Assembly: GCF_001194135.2 (NCBI RefSeq)
Contig: NC_068992.1
Location: forward strand, 4,727,493-4,791,492
Length of the DNA stretch: 64,000 nt
Origin: Octopus bimaculoides
Taxonomy: Eukaryota
Direction: 5' to 3'
A program made the translations under genes and the position numbers. This document shows positions 1-14,617 of the stretch, one piece after another (position 1 is the stretch's first letter; the number at the start of each line of letters is the position of its first letter). The notes beneath the pieces were generated by a model. It saw nothing but the letters and a program-made list of their open reading frames with translations. It was not told the origin of the DNA and made no database searches.

Positions 1-415
1 ACACCTACACATATATAATGAAAACAAATTATTTTCATATCATATATAATTGTGTAAACAAAAAGAAGCGACAAATCTTTCTTTTAAAATTCTGCATGCT
101 TGTACTCTTTAAAAAGGCGATTCACTTCCATCTCTCCCGGGTATCAAAAACATTTTGTCTTTTAAATATACTTCTAACGAAAGTATATCCATTTATCTCT
201 CATATCTTACTCTGAAGTCTTTTATTTCATTTTTATCAAACACATTGTCTTTTTGAATTTATCTCCAGGAACAATAGACACCGGAGACTTTGAAATGCTC
301 GGCATGATACATGTGAAATGGTGAACAATAAATTCCGGGAATCCAACAAGAAAGAACTATAGAAAAAGCATTTAAGTAATGATTTATATATGAGTTTACT
401 TTTCGTGATGTAGTG

Positions 416-483
416 CACAATTCCATACACACAAATTCCATACACACAAATTCCATACTCACAAATCCCACACACTCAAATTT
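416..483. repeat. 15-bp minisatellite (CACAAATTCCATACA), about 4.5 copies
   Basis: Units start at 416, 430, 445, 460 and 475 and decay toward the 3' end. This explains the 5-aa periodicity (YGICV) of the minus-strand ORFs here. Confidence 0.9.
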
Positions 484-1035
484 ATAGCACAGAAAGAAGA
501 ACGCATGCAAAATATATATAAAAAAATAAGCAATAAAATACGATAATATTTTCTTCGAAGAAAATAAAGCTAAATTATATTCTGTCGTTGTATCTTTGCT
601 GATGATTTCAAAATTTCTTGTTATCTTTGTTACTATTCTTGCTTAGTCCAAATTTAGTTCTGATGATGTTGGGCTAGGCTTTAAATGGGCATTTTTCTCA
701 CAGGTATCTCCACCGTTTCCTATTTTTCAAACGTTATGTAATCCTGAATAAGTTACCCCATGTTTTTTGTTTGGGGGGGGGCTTTAACAATCCCCATTCT
801 AATTCCGAGTATATTATTTTGTTAGTTTCAGTAAGTGTTCCATCCGTTGGTGTTCAATTCTTGTGGTTCCTGGCTTTAATATAAGCGATTAATCATTCAT
901 TGTTTTCTTTTGAATTCTTCAAGGATATAAAATAATTCTCTCCCCGAACTAATTCTAATTAGACTAATAAGAGTGGCGTATTTAAAAAAAAAACACGCGT
1001 TCACATCAAATCCATGCAGCAAAATGTATACCCAT

Positions 1036-1126
1036 AGGTGTGGCTGTGTGGTAAGATGGTTGCTTCCCAACCACATGGTTCTGAGTTCTGTCTTACTGCG
1101 TGACACTTTCGGCAGGTGTCTTCTAC
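1036..1126 (+). mobile_element. SINE family C, 5' fragment (tRNA-like head)
   Basis: GGTGTGGCTGTGTGGTAAG...CCAACCACATGGTTC...GGCAGGTGTCTTCTAC; homologous to copies at 14401, 29135 and 63415. A-box-like TGGCTGTGTGG. Confidence 0.8.
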
Positions 1127-1438
1127 CTTCTTGTTCTTCATTTTCGTTGCAGCTCTTGTAACACTTGTTGTCGCTATTATATGCCACCCGACAATGTCAG
1201 TTACTAGTGGGATGATAATACAATAATGGCTGATGCAACACCCATTACTTCCCTCCATTTTGGATGCTTTATTGTAGTTTTTGTTTTGAAACATTATATT
1301 TAAAATTTTTAATTACGCAAAACTAGCACATTGTAACGGAACCGAACTGGCTTATTTATCAAACACCAACGAAAAAATAAAACGTCAAATTTAAATTACG
1401 AGCCACGAATAGGCGTCAGCTCTTTCCAAAAACAAACA

Positions 1439-1492
<54 letters not shown>
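1439..1492. repeat. (AAT)n microsatellite
   Basis: Direct reading. Confidence 0.98.
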
Positions 1493-1493
<1 letters not shown>

Positions 1494-2773
1494 TACACAC
1501 ATATATATGCGCATGTATGTATGTATGCATGTTTGTTTGTTTACTCACACACACACATACACACACATATAGATATAAATTCAAATAAAACTTCGTATAA
1601 TTTTTCTGACGTAGCAGGAAAATCGTATAAAGTTGTTTGAAATCAATAAAGTACTTGCGCTTCAATATCTAATTTATTTAATTAGAATGTGCACCATTAA
1701 ATTGCAGAAGAGTGAATTCGCAAGATCTTTAGAAGAAATTATAGAGTGCCCTTGCACTTCTCCTGTTCCGGGTATAGATAACTCTGCTATAATCTGGCGG
1801 CAAAGTAAAACCTCATTTCTTGCTGTCTTTACACTGCCCCTCTCTCACCCAAAATTTCGGGCCTTGTGCATATATGTCTTAATGGTACCAGAGTTTCCGA
1901 ACGTATAGCGAAATTTACTGCCCAGTGAAAAATATGTCTGGAAGAATAGTGCAAACAGCAATACTTTGAAGGAAACAAAGAAGAAAGAAACAAAAGTATA
2001 AATCTCTCTTATGGCCAAAAGAACTGGTCAACATTTGACATACAATAGATAAACTGAATGTGCATCGGTGACAAGGTCGTAGATTTACGACGAAATATTG
2101 TGACACTAGAGATGTATATGATATAAAGCACTCTCAGAAACTAAAACAAAAGTGAATACTACGATATACATGCGGTTCGAAGAGCTATCATCACTCTACA
2201 GCTGTGTAATTGTTTATTACCTTTATCTACACTAAAAATTACCGAATCTGATGTCCGTAAAGCCATAATTCGTTACTCTCTGTCTGATATCTAATATATA
2301 TTGTGTAACCTATCTCAATGTCGTCTCGACGATAAAACGGTGCTTGTACTATGTTATTTTGTTATTTTTGGAATGTTGTAAATTAATAATGGTTTACTTG
2401 TCTTCTCGCGTATTGAATATTGTCAGGGTGTCTTTAATGACATTTATAAATCGTGATCATTTTCTAGAAACCCAAGTTAAATTATATAAATGAATCTAAT
2501 TTAAACGAATTAACTCAAAATAGATTTCCTTCTAATTCTATTGTCTTTACGACTTAGAAATTCTGAGTTGCTTTTTGTTCTTTCGGCACCTTTAAAACAA
2601 CACGTTATTTATAAATCGCAACTTCCAATACCTTAGTATTAATAAGAGTATTTTAGTATGATTATTAGACACAAAGATACACAAATTAAACAAACTGAAC
2701 GCATTGACATTTCCTGCACTACGGTGTTAAAGCAAATATTATCCGGCAACATAGAAACATATTCGAAAGGGCA

Positions 2774-2776
<3 letters not shown>

Positions 2777-2854
<78 letters not shown>

Positions 2855-2880
2855 ACACACACACACACACATACACACAT
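2777..2880. repeat. (CA)n microsatellite
   Basis: Direct reading. Confidence 0.98.
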
Positions 2881-3620
2881 GTATATATTTATATGTATGA
2901 ATGTATATATATGTATATGTGTGTATGTACATATATGTAAATACGTATATATGTTATGGCTTGATAATATGTTCCATGGTTTCAGTTATTGTTCTTAGTG
3001 CATATAAATACTAGATAATCACAGGTAATCTTTTGAGACTCCCGCACTTTTAACCAGCAACATATTTATAATATGACACCAGGACGTTAAGTGTTTTTCG
3101 TGACTCCATGTGGGTAAACAAACTGACAATCCATAACAGATTATAGATTTTGTAGTTTTGAAAGCAGAATGATATTTTATTCATCATAGACCTATGCTAA
3201 AAATATTCAGACGTATGTCATTTTTAATAAAGATATGTCTGTGTCAATAAAATGTACAGATGACAGTTGACGTAATCATGTAGTTGAATGACAATATTAA
3301 AGCAAGATTTACTCAAGCGTCTTCCATCTTACACAAATATGATACAAAATATCGTTATTACTAATGTGAACTAAAATGTAGACAAATAGACTTAAGACAT
3401 GGTATATGTAGGAGAGTTTTGATACAAGATGAATTACCAGATAAGATATTAACCAAATACTTATTCGAAAACCATGTCACATAAACTATTCCGAAAATTA
3501 TTGGTCAACTACCATTCATAGCAGACGACATTCTGCAACGCAGTGGTTACGAGGCCATGTATTTGGAGAAAAATCCCTTTAACCACACAGCAAAATCTCC
3601 CACCTAATGAACGTATACTA

Positions 3621-3662
<42 letters not shown>

Positions 3663-4389
3663 TCGCTTTCCTTGCCTGTTCGATATTTGTAGGAAAACAC
3701 GTATATAATGCCGTGTTTCCTTTGGTGTAAGTGGGATAAATGATTTCAAATGTTAATTGATTTAATGAAGGTTAATATATTTCTCGACATAAACCGGATA
3801 ACATTCTAAACGTTGAAAAGCTCAAGGCATAATATATAAGATGAAGACAAATATAATGAACTCTGCTAATTCCTGTGCCAAAAATCAATAAATCGTAAAC
3901 AAATTCTCGGACAAACGGGATACTTCGACAATGAATACTGTTAAAATTTTCCTCAGATCACAATGTGTTACTGCAAAAAAGGAAGACGTATTGAATAATA
4001 TAATTGTGGTTATAGAAAACGATAGGGTGTATAATGATTGAACAACTTTGATCATAAATCTACTAGATCAGGACTAACGTCAAGCTGAAATGTAAGAACA
4101 ACAATAGGAACCAGGAAAGTTTCCTGCCTTTTACGGTAATGCTAGTTGAAGCAATGGTGCGTAAATATTCTAACTTCCTTCACCTGCAACGTTCTTCAGT
4201 CAACTAAAATCTGATTTCTGATTAATTCTCGAGTCAGTTATATGATACGTAATTCGGTGGTTCTCCCAAAGGCTGAGACTCCAATAAGGCATCAGTCATA
4301 TGCAATAGCTATCAGTGGTGTTAGTGTATCACATCAACGCAGTAGTTAGTCTGGTATTGATGTTATCGGTAGGTCAGATACGGAGTGAA

Positions 4390-4709
4390 GGCGCGTGGCT
4401 TAGTGGTTAGGGCATTGGGCTCACGGTCGTAAGGTCGTGAGTTCACTTCCCGGCGACGCGTTGTGTCCTTCAGCAAGACACTTTATTTCACGTTGCTCCA
4501 GTCCACTCAGCTAGCAAAAATGAGTTGTACCTGTATTTCAAAGGGCCGGTCTTGTCACACTCTGTATCACGCTGAATCTCTCTGAGAACTACGTTAAGGG
4601 TACACGTGTCTGTGGATTGCTCAGGCACTTGCACGTTAATTTCATGAGCAATCTATTCTGTTGATCGTATCGGCTGGGACCCTCATCGCTGTAACTGACG
4701 GAACGTTCC
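4390..4709 (+). mobile_element. SINE family B (central-module variant 1), near full length
   Basis: A-box TGGCTTAGTGG and B-box-like GAGTTCACTTCC. The 3' part from 4530 aligns with the reverse-strand copies at 12343 and 45859. Confidence 0.88.
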
Positions 4710-4823
4710 TTTTTTTAAGTTAGATACGAAAAGATGTTATTCTTGGTGCAGGGTCTAACTACAAAAATACTGTGCTCGACATATAGGTTATGTTCCTGGC
4801 CTGCCTATATAAACTATATATAG

Positions 4824-5055
4824 GGCGGTGAGCTAGCAGAATCGTTAGCACGCCGGGCGAAATGCTTAGCGGTATTTCGTCTGCCGTTACGTTCTGAGTT
4901 CAAATTTCGCCGACGTCGACTTTGCCTTTTATCGTTTCGGGGTCGATTAAATAAGTACCAACTACGCACTGAGGTCGATGTAATCGACTTAATTCCATTG
5001 TCTGTCCTTGTTTGTTCCCTCCATGTTTAGCCCCCTCTAGGCAATAAATAAATAT
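4824..5055 (+). mobile_element. SINE family A, full length
   Basis: GGCGGTGAGCTAGCAGAATCGTTAGCACGCCGGGCGAAATGCTTAGCGG...GAGTTCAAAT (B-box-like) with an A-rich tail; seven further homologous segments in the window. Confidence 0.9.
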
Positions 5056-5118
5056 AAACTCACACAAGCACACCTATAGATACCAACACACACACACCAC
5101 ACCTATGTATGCATGTAT

Positions 5119-5130
5119 CTGTGTGTGTGT

Positions 5131-5204
<74 letters not shown>
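5119..5204. repeat. (GT)n microsatellite
   Basis: Direct reading. Confidence 0.97.
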
Positions 5205-5206
<2 letters not shown>

Positions 5207-6214
5207 ATATACATATATATAGAGAGCAGTCTTCGGCACAAGGTCTGCACACCAGAACCCACTTACAAATATTTGGTTAAGCAAATGTCATCACAAAATA
5301 CCCCTTTTCAATGTGTAGTGTATTACGGACGAACACTGAGAAAAGTGATAGAGATGCGAATTTATTAGACACATGGCTATACCACAATTAGAATATATCA
5401 CCAGAATTAATACACGACGAAATGAAATTAAGAATAGGGTTATCTATGATTTGTTGATGGTAATCTAGACCGATGAAATAAATATAATAATACACTGAGA
5501 TATGACATTTCGCTTACGAGATATTTAGAAATTTAATATATTTGTAAACTGATAAACTAAAGTTAATTTTATATGAACTTCTATTTAATTGATTAATGAA
5601 AAGATATAATCGATGTGACATTTTATGATATTACGAAGGGTTATTTTTATGTAACTTATCGATAAGTTATTTGTAGATTTTAGCATGTAGAATAGATACT
5701 GTAAATTATGGCTTATATAAATAAATTGGCAGTTTCCCTCGACTTTCAATATTAGCAAATTTGTATTATTTTAATTACGACAGCTCTGGCTTTTTTGGCA
5801 ATTTCTAGTTTACATTTCATTTTGATATATAGCGTTTACATCTGACAAACTAATCAGTATCCATATAAACAAGCCGAGAACGAGAAAACTGAAATATATA
5901 ATGTAGAAAAATACTGCAATGTTGTGTGTAATTTGGTTTCCTTTATGTGCATTGTTACACAGTAGTTTTGCCGTTTTCATTTTCCTTGCTTTAATTTGAG
6001 TAACTTGAATATTAAAAGCGTAAGAACACATAAACATAAAATGAAATATATAAACTAGTTATTTTTAATTATACTGCAGTATTTTTGTTCGTGTTCTGTT
6101 GGCATTGTTTAAAAAACTTAATAAACGAAGTAACTATTGCTTTCTATAATTAAATTTTACTGTATAATATGCAGAAAAGAAGGCGAGGACGCGACAAAAC
6201 AAAGCAAAAGTAAC

Positions 6215-6460
<246 letters not shown>

Positions 6461-6858
6461 AAGGTGCAATAATTTAGCGGAAAAGAACTGAAAGAGATTT
6501 ATGAAGAGCTGATCAGTTTTAATATATTGCTTCTATTGGCGGTTTCCTTGTAAAACACACGGTAAACACGTAACAAAAATGAAAACAAAAGAAGATATTT
6601 CAATTTTAAATGGCGTAACTGAAAAGAATCGTTTTAAGTTTAGAAGGAAATGAAAATAGCTTGAAGTGTTGTTAAAGCTGTATTTCAAGCCGAGTATCGT
6701 TATTGTTGTCGTTTGGACAGTATGCATGAAAGACAAAATGAATGTTTCCGCGCCTCCTGTCAAATTTGATATTTCTAATTTAACACATATAGCAACGCTC
6801 ATAGGGGGTTGCAGAAAGAGATACAAGTGTATCAGAGAGAGAGAGAGAGTGAGTGAGT

Positions 6859-6892
<34 letters not shown>

Positions 6893-7371
6893 AAGAGAGA
6901 ATGATGGAAATAAGGTAGAGGGAAATAAGAGAGAGATAGGAAAATTGATAAGAGTGATATGTGTATGTGAAGTATATTTCGATGAGAAACACTATGGCGT
7001 TACAAAGAGAAGCTGTGATTCTATGAATACGATATAGAGACAACAGAGTCAATAAGAAGCAGGAACAGTGAAATATAAAAGAAGAAAACAGATATTTGAA
7101 TCTATTCAGAGAAGGAAAATGAATAAAATTTATGAAGAATGTGATGGGGAAAATGAAGTATTTTAAGAAGCAGAAACAAAAAAATATGATAAAATAAATA
7201 TAATCAAAACAGAATATAATGATAATAATATTGGAAAGAGCGGAAGAGAAATGAGTGTATTCACACCCCACCACATACTTACAAACTAATAAACACCCAC
7301 ACGCATATATGTATATATATGTATGTGGGTGTGTCTGTGTGTATACATATGTATATGTATATATATAACTG

Positions 7372-7413
<42 letters not shown>

Positions 7414-9568
7414 TGTGTGTGTATTCATATATAGTGCTATTCGTGTGTGGATGTATGTCGGTGACGGATAAGAGTCGTTATGAGTAAACCAATACATATA
7501 TTTTAACATATAAATGCATATATTTCGACAAATAAATTGAGGTGGAGTGCACGTAATATAAAGAAAGAAACAAATTAAAGAAATTATATTAAGTGATAAA
7601 ATGTATTTGCAGATTATATTATTATGTAAGTTAACCAATAAACGAACACGAGTTTGTGAATATCTTTCTTTGCAGATTAATGAATAATTTCAGGAAGCCA
7701 CTAGCTCCTTTTCACTTTAAACTCCTTCACATTAGAATAAACAATAACTAAGATAATTGCTTACTTCGCGTATTATAATATATTTCATAGGGTTATCTAT
7801 GAAGTGTCAGGTGGTATGAATTTGCTCACCTGTTTTCCCTCAGATGCCAATCTCTTGCCGTTGTAATACCGGTGTCGTTAGAATCGATTACCTCTCTCCC
7901 AATATGTCGTGCCTTTTACGTACTTTGATTTCTGGTACAAAACGATTGAAAGCTTGCATTTTTCTTTAACAGTTTTGTAGGGCGTCTCACTACGTCCCGT
8001 TTATCTTGTACTGTGAGTTCACTGCTTGGTTTTCTAACTCACTAAGTAAGAAGCTGCTGCATTTCACAATATTGTGGTTAAATTATGGATATGTGAGATG
8101 ATGTCTGATTGTTTCTGCGTAAGAAATGGTTCAAAATTAGTGATTAAACCTTTAACTTGAACAACTAATGTAAAGGATACTATATTTATTAGTAAGATGT
8201 GCACTTGGAACAATTAAGAAATTTCAGTATCAGTAGAATATATTTACAATTAGCTAAAGTATATTGTAGGATCGTCAATGGAAGATGGATTAACTTATAA
8301 ACATATAGCTATCCGCGTCGCTGTTATAACACTAGCCCCTGAAATAGAGTTCTTATTAGCAGACGATACCATCGCAAATAATCAATAAAAAAAATCTGCT
8401 GCTGCATATTTTGAGAGACGTGAACAGCAAAACAGACCGGAAAATGAAACAAAATATGAATGCAACAGGTACCATAAAAGAAAAAAAAACAATATGGTGC
8501 ATCGTGAAGAATACAAGAAGAGGGTTTTGAGAATAGGGAGATATGTGTCAAGAATAGCGGTTAGATGCCGGAAGCATATTTTGTGAATATAATGATTTTT
8601 TGTTAAACTGCATGCATTTCAAAGCTGTTCGATTATTTTCTATCAATTCACATTTTTCGCTGTTATATTTCCTTTTTCATCCATTATCTCTGTGAGCCGT
8701 AGTAAATTTCATAATAATGGTCTTTTTACTCGGGGTTCCAACTTGCCATTTTGTGTAATGATGCTCGGCCGCGTGCGCATATTTGTAGATATCTTATGTT
8801 GGCAAGTTCTAATATGAACAAGTCGAGAATTATCTTAAATCATGCTTATTTATAAGCTTCATCCATGCTCTTTTTTTTCTTTGTGACAACGGTCACATTT
8901 GTTAAATGTAAATGAAGCATAGATCAAGAAATACCTTGTCAGAGATTCAGAGCTGAAAATAGTCATATGCATTACGATAAAAAAAAGTGCTCATAAATAA
9001 ATTGAGGGGTGACAGCGATTTTATCAATCAAGAAACTAGAGGCAGTGATTATTTCGGTTGTTTTATTACCGATTACGAAAATTTTAAATACAAAAATCAA
9101 GGATTGTATGCCTGATAAATAGAACAACGAAAATAGAAACTATAGAAGACAGGATGTGCTAGAATTTAAAGTGCTTCTAAATAATGTCTCGTACTGATGG
9201 AAATTACATTCAGGTGTAGCATATATAACAAAAGAATGTCTAAAATAAGAGAGGCCACATTGAAGAATGACAAAGACCAAAATATGCTAGCTAGACCTGG
9301 AAATAACGGGATCTAAATATACAGGAAAAACTAGGTCTGAACAACAAATAAGAAACACCCCCACCCCCCATAAAAACACATAAATTTCTGCCTCGGTATA
9401 TCAACCTTTTCCAGACGTCAATTCTATAGAATCGTATAAATTCGAAGCTAGATGTGATTCCATAGATTGTCTCCGCTAACATACACACTCTCACGCTCAC
9501 TCACATCCGTTCATACAAAAAACACACTTGGCAACCTGACGAGTATACAGGTAAACACACACACACAC

Positions 9569-9606
<38 letters not shown>

Positions 9607-9859
9607 AAAGGAAATACCTCAACATTTGGTCGTTGCAACATTAGCTATAGTGTAAATAACAGCAGGTTTTGGCACACACAGTTACAATGAAGTAAAATCA
9701 AAATAAAGCTTCGTATTACATTCTGTAATCAATGGTTTCAAACAGTCTCAGACAAAAATGTGGGAAGCAAAGAACAAAAACAGAGAAAATCAATTCTTTT
9801 TTTTCTCAGATTTAGAATTATATTTTCTAAATTCTGTGATAATCTACTTTCAATATCAG

Positions 9860-9898
9860 TCTGCTTAAATAAAATACATAAGTAGGTACACACACATA

Positions 9899-9932
<34 letters not shown>

Positions 9933-9983
9933 NNNNNNNNNNAGTCTGCTTAAATAAAATACATAAGTAGGTACACACACATA

Positions 9984-10020
<37 letters not shown>
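9860..10020. other. Duplicated contig ends around a 10-N gap (likely assembly artefact)
   Basis: AGTCTGCTTAAATAAAATACATAAGTAGGTACACACACATACA(CT)n occurs on both sides of the N-run at 9933-9942. Confidence 0.8.
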
Positions 10021-10025
<5 letters not shown>

Positions 10026-10963
10026 CGCGTGCATACATACGAATACTTGCGTATAAATGCATGCGTATATATATACATACACATGCAGAGATAAAATCTC
10101 AGGCAAATGAACAAGAACATCTAAACTCTATATAAAATTTATATTTTAGACAGATCTATATTAAATTCAATAATTCTTTTTATTAAAGATATTTCATATT
10201 TCCCTACTAGACATTCACGTTGAGTGTGGAATTATATAGACGTGTATATCTATTGTAATTACTATGTTTTCTAAGCTCTGTTTTCGGAATAAAATGTTCT
10301 GAAAAGCGAGAGATTGACAGTTCTGTTAATGTCGGTAAATGACAATCGGAATAAACTTGTCACTGATAAATATATCATTGCAGAATTTATTATTTAATGC
10401 TAAAGCCTTCGTTACTTCTGTAAAACATATCACTAGTACGACCCCGGTGCTGTGCTATAATTTCTGGAATTCTATAGAAAATTATACTTCTTATCTATAA
10501 TTGCATTATCGTATATATAGTTTGCTTTATGTTTTATAATATGATAAGACGTAATCTCGCTGAATTTGTGATATTTGTATTTATATAAATCTAACTGGAA
10601 AGAAAATATCTCATGTTTTATACAGACTGATGATATCACGATATTTACAATATACAATATATATATATAAATGTGTATACGTTTGTTATGTATATATATA
10701 TATATATACATACATGTATGTGTAAATAAATATATATACTCGCACACACACGTTCACACACACACGCACACAAACACAAACATACACACACACAGTACAG
10801 AAATTTGCTGACACTATCCCGATTAATTTAGGCTTGTAAAAGTAGATATCACATTCTACGGTTGAATTTGTTGAAATCAGATTTGACTGGCGCATACAAA
10901 GTAATCAGAAGTACATTTCTTCTAACTGAGATTTTTTTTAAAACAATATTTCTGCCTGAAGAA

Positions 10964-11179
10964 GGCGGCGAGTTAGCAGGAACGTTAGCACGTTGGACGA
11001 AATGCTTAGCAGTATTTCGTCTGTCTTTACGTTCTCCGTTCAAATACCTATGAAGCTGACTTTGCCTTTCATTCTTTCGGGATCGATAAATTAAGTACCA
11101 GTTGCGTACTGATGTCGACCTCATCAACTAGCCCTCTCCCCCAAAATTTCGTGTCTCGTGCCTAGAGTAGAAAAAAAAA
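10964..11179 (+). mobile_element. SINE family A, full length with decayed TSD
   Basis: Homology to the copy at 4824. Flanks ATTTCTGCCTGAAGAA (10948-10963) and ATTTCTGCTTGGAGGA (11180-11195) match at 13/16. Confidence 0.9.
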
Positions 11180-12332
11180 ATTTCTGCTTGGAGGAACTAT
11201 CCTCTACCAGGATGGGAAAATCGAACGGTCTTTGACAATTAAGAAAAACGTTTTGCCTGTATTGGGATTAATTTCTCTCCACCCTCATATGTATATGTGC
11301 ATGTATGTATGTTTATGTATGAATGGATGTTTGCCATATTGCTAGATTACGGGGAAACCGACACTGGGCTGAAACCGGAGCAATCTGGTTGGTTGGCAGT
11401 CAAATCCTTTAATAGGCAGTTANNNNNNNNNNNNNNNNNNNNNNNNNNNNNNNNNNNNNNNNNNNNNNNNNNNNNNNNNNNNNNNNNNNNNNNNNNNNNN
11501 NNNNNNNNNNNNNNNNNNNNNNNNNNNNNNNNNNNNNNNNNNNNNNNNNNNNNNNNNNNNNNNNNNNNNNNNNNNNNNNNNTATATGCATACATACATAT
11601 ATATACATACATGCATACATGCATACATGCATACATACATACACACATAAATACATACATACATACATACATACATAAATATGAAACGTTCATATTATTG
11701 TATAACCTGCGATGATCCAGATCAAACTTAATGTAGTATATTAAAATTTACAATCACTCCAGTTGTGAACATATTTTATATGTACGCCTCTTGTATCTCA
11801 GTTCAACCCGAATCCAATATATCCTTCCCTTCTGAAATGGAGCAAAAACTGAGCCAAAGCATAAAAACTCCATTTAGTTATATTAACTGGAACCTCGATT
11901 TCGTGCCTTGACAGGATTCATTAGTTCATAAATAGCAACCGTATTTCATTTCTGGCTGGTGTCCGAAAACCGGCAATACGATTCTCATCACTATTAGAAT
12001 CAATTTATTCCATATTTGTACGCATAGAATGCACATCATCCATATGAAGCAGCTAATTATGGACACTAAAACGGACGGGAGTTCAAGGTAGAATGACTTG
12101 TAAAATAAATTTGGCATGACTTGAACAACGCTCATTCTAACTTTAAATCGAATCTCTCTGAAGCTGGACGAGGGTGGCTAAATGAAGTTCTCTTTATATA
12201 TGCATGACCGTTTGATTCTAGCCACTGCCTCAAACACTATTTGATGGCAAATCCTTCTAAACCTGACAGGATCAACATGCAAATCCTTCACAATTGTTAT
12301 AAAACAGATTCAAAGTGGTGATAGATGTAATA

Positions 12333-12697
12333 TGTGTGTATTGGCACTCCGTCGTTTACGACGTCGGGGGTTCCAGTTGATCCGATCAACGGAACAGCCT
12401 GCTCATGAAGTTAACGTGCTGAGCACTCCACATACATGTGTACCTTTAATGTAGTTCTCGAGGATATTCAGCGTGACACAGTGTGACAAGGCTGACCCGT
12501 TGGAATACAGGGGCAACACAAACAGGAAGAAAGAGTGAGAGAACGTTGGGGTGAAAGAGTACAGTAGGGTTCGCCGCCATCCCCTGACGGAGCCTCGTGG
12601 AGCTTTAGGTGTTTTCGCTCAATAAACTCTCAAAGCGCCTGGTCTGGGAATCGAAACCGCGAATCTATTGCTCTAACCACTGGGCCATTGCGCCTCC
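12333..12697 (-). mobile_element. SINE family B (central-module variant 2), full length with perfect 13-bp TSD
   Basis: Reverse-strand head GGAGGCGCAATGGCCCAGTGGTTAG; TSD GATAGATGTAATA at 12320-12332 and 12698-12710. Confidence 0.93.
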
Positions 12698-13359
12698 GAT
12701 AGATGTAATAATGCATTATTAAACACACACCAATTGTAACTCACTGAAACATGGTCCAGCTCTATAACCGTTAATCAACGGCACCCAAAGAATCAGTTTC
12801 AACCAAATGTTGCATAAGATTATTTCAGACCTCTGTAAATATGATGTTGGAATTCTTCCATTTCGTCACAATAAATCAAGAATTATAAACTTATACGTTA
12901 TTTTAACTTTCATTCGCAATAATTATAGCATATCTCCAGGCTTAGTTCAACTCTTTCTTTTTAATCAAATATTTAACTGTCGAAACCATAAACACGAAAG
13001 GGAGAAACGATAGCTTCTTGTACATATTACACAAGTGTGAGAACACAAAGGAAAATATTGCTACAAATACAAACTAAATCGCCAGTATTTAGTTATCGAT
13101 ATATTACAATATTTTTGTACAGAACCTATATATATATATGAGTGTGTGTGTTTGTGTGTGTGTGTGTGTGTGCGTATACATGTATATATATATATATATA
13201 TATATGTATAGATATACATTTATATGTATATATGTATAAATATATATATGTATGTATATATATATGTATCTATATAGATATATGTGTATGTATATATATA
13301 TATATATAACCTACATACACACATACATACGTTAAGATCACCAGCATTCTTTCACACAC

Positions 13360-13600
13360 ACATAGCTTCTCGTCTTGGGTAACCCACTTCTTTCCCCTTT
13401 GTTATCTCCCCCTTTTTCTCAGCTCTCCTGTGTGAACCTTCTGTCCGGCATTCGCCATGATAGATCGCTGACGACTACCTTTATATTTTTTTCTCCTTGT
13501 TTCTCTCCTTATTTCTTTCTGTGTTCCTTTCAGTTGAAGAGCGTAGCTCGAAACCTCAAAGACTTTCTCTATTCCCGAGCGTTAAACAAATACATCTATA
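13360..13600 (+). mobile_element. Interspersed repeat end fragment, probably Penelope-like
   Basis: 13534-13596 (TTGAAGAGCGTAGCTCGAAACC...TTCTCTATTCCCGAGCGTTA..AATACATC) recurs at 40800-40863. The Penelope assignment rests on the recalled TGAAGA...CGAAAC end motif and is inference. Confidence 0.5.
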
Positions 13601-14400
13601 TATGACCATCCCGAAATACAAAAACATCCGTTTCAACACACGATTTCACATCAGGAATCTTGCAAAGTGAATTAAGAAAGGTAACGACGTAAGCCAGGCT
13701 AGCATGACGCAGAAAAACACTGTATAAGTGAGTGCAGTTCCCTCTGAAATACAGGCTTTCCAAAATGTTGAAGTTTACATTGAAATATATCTAGAAATTA
13801 AGATGGAAATCATTATAGCTAATATATTATACCGCTCTGCCAATTGTAACGCGATACTCAAAGTCAATAATCATGGGTAACACCTAATACCTGTTATAAA
13901 TTTGCTAATAAAATCGTGTGCTTGCGTAGAATGCAATGCAAAATCAATATGAAATATTCCGGTAATCTAAAAACCTCTGCCGTATCAAAATCATTTCTAG
14001 GCAGCGGACATATTAAACTGCCCATTCGAAAAAATATTTTAATGAAGAGGTGAAGCTGTAAAATATGCAAAAATGCATGGCAAATTCAAGCCATAAAATG
14101 GAAGAGCCGAAGCTAAAAGTACAAACCTGCCAGTTCGAATTATAGATAAAATTTTCTTGCCAGGAAAACGTGTAATGAAATATCTTATATACAACTAATA
14201 AAATCATATCAACGTTTAAGTACGCCAACATAAAACGCATTATACTAAAAAAATGATATTTTTTTCAATTTTATACGCAAGTACACACACGCGGGCGCGC
14301 AAATATAGACACACGGACACACAGAGACACACACGCGCGCACACACACACGCATACACACACACACACGCACATACACACACACGCACACACACACACAA

Positions 14401-14550
14401 GCACGTAGCTGTGTAATCAAGCGACTCTCCACTTACTAGGTTCAGTCCCACTGTGTGAGATTAAGGGAAGCGTCCTCTTTTATAACCTGTGGCGTATCAA
14501 AGCCTTTTGGATGGATTTCGTTGACGGAAACTGAAAGATGTCTGTCATAT
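14401..14550 (+). mobile_element. SINE family C, diverged
   Basis: B-box-like GGTTCAGTCCCA (14439) and 3' part AAGCCTT..GGATTTCGTTGACGGAAACTGAAAG shared with the copies at 29135 and 63415. Confidence 0.8.
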
Positions 14551-14563
14551 ATTACATATACAC

Positions 14564-14617
<54 letters not shown>

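Noticed and set aside
660-750. TGATGA...CTGA spacing like a C/D snoRNA
   Set aside because: The C box is imperfect, there is no terminal stem, and I recognised no rRNA-complementary guide.
3365-3607. 80-codon plus-strand frame with one internal stop (CELKCRQIDLRHG...*TIPKIIGQLPF...)
   Set aside because: No recognisable motif and no convincing splice sites; compatible with chance.
7892-8012. Overlapping exon candidates on both strands (minus 7892-7931; plus 7973/7981-8012)
   Set aside because: They are mutually conflicting, not frame-preserving, and show no homology.
8741-8808. AACTTGCCA/TGGCAAGTT inverted repeat as a possible pre-miRNA
   Set aside because: Only 9 bp pair and the stem does not extend.
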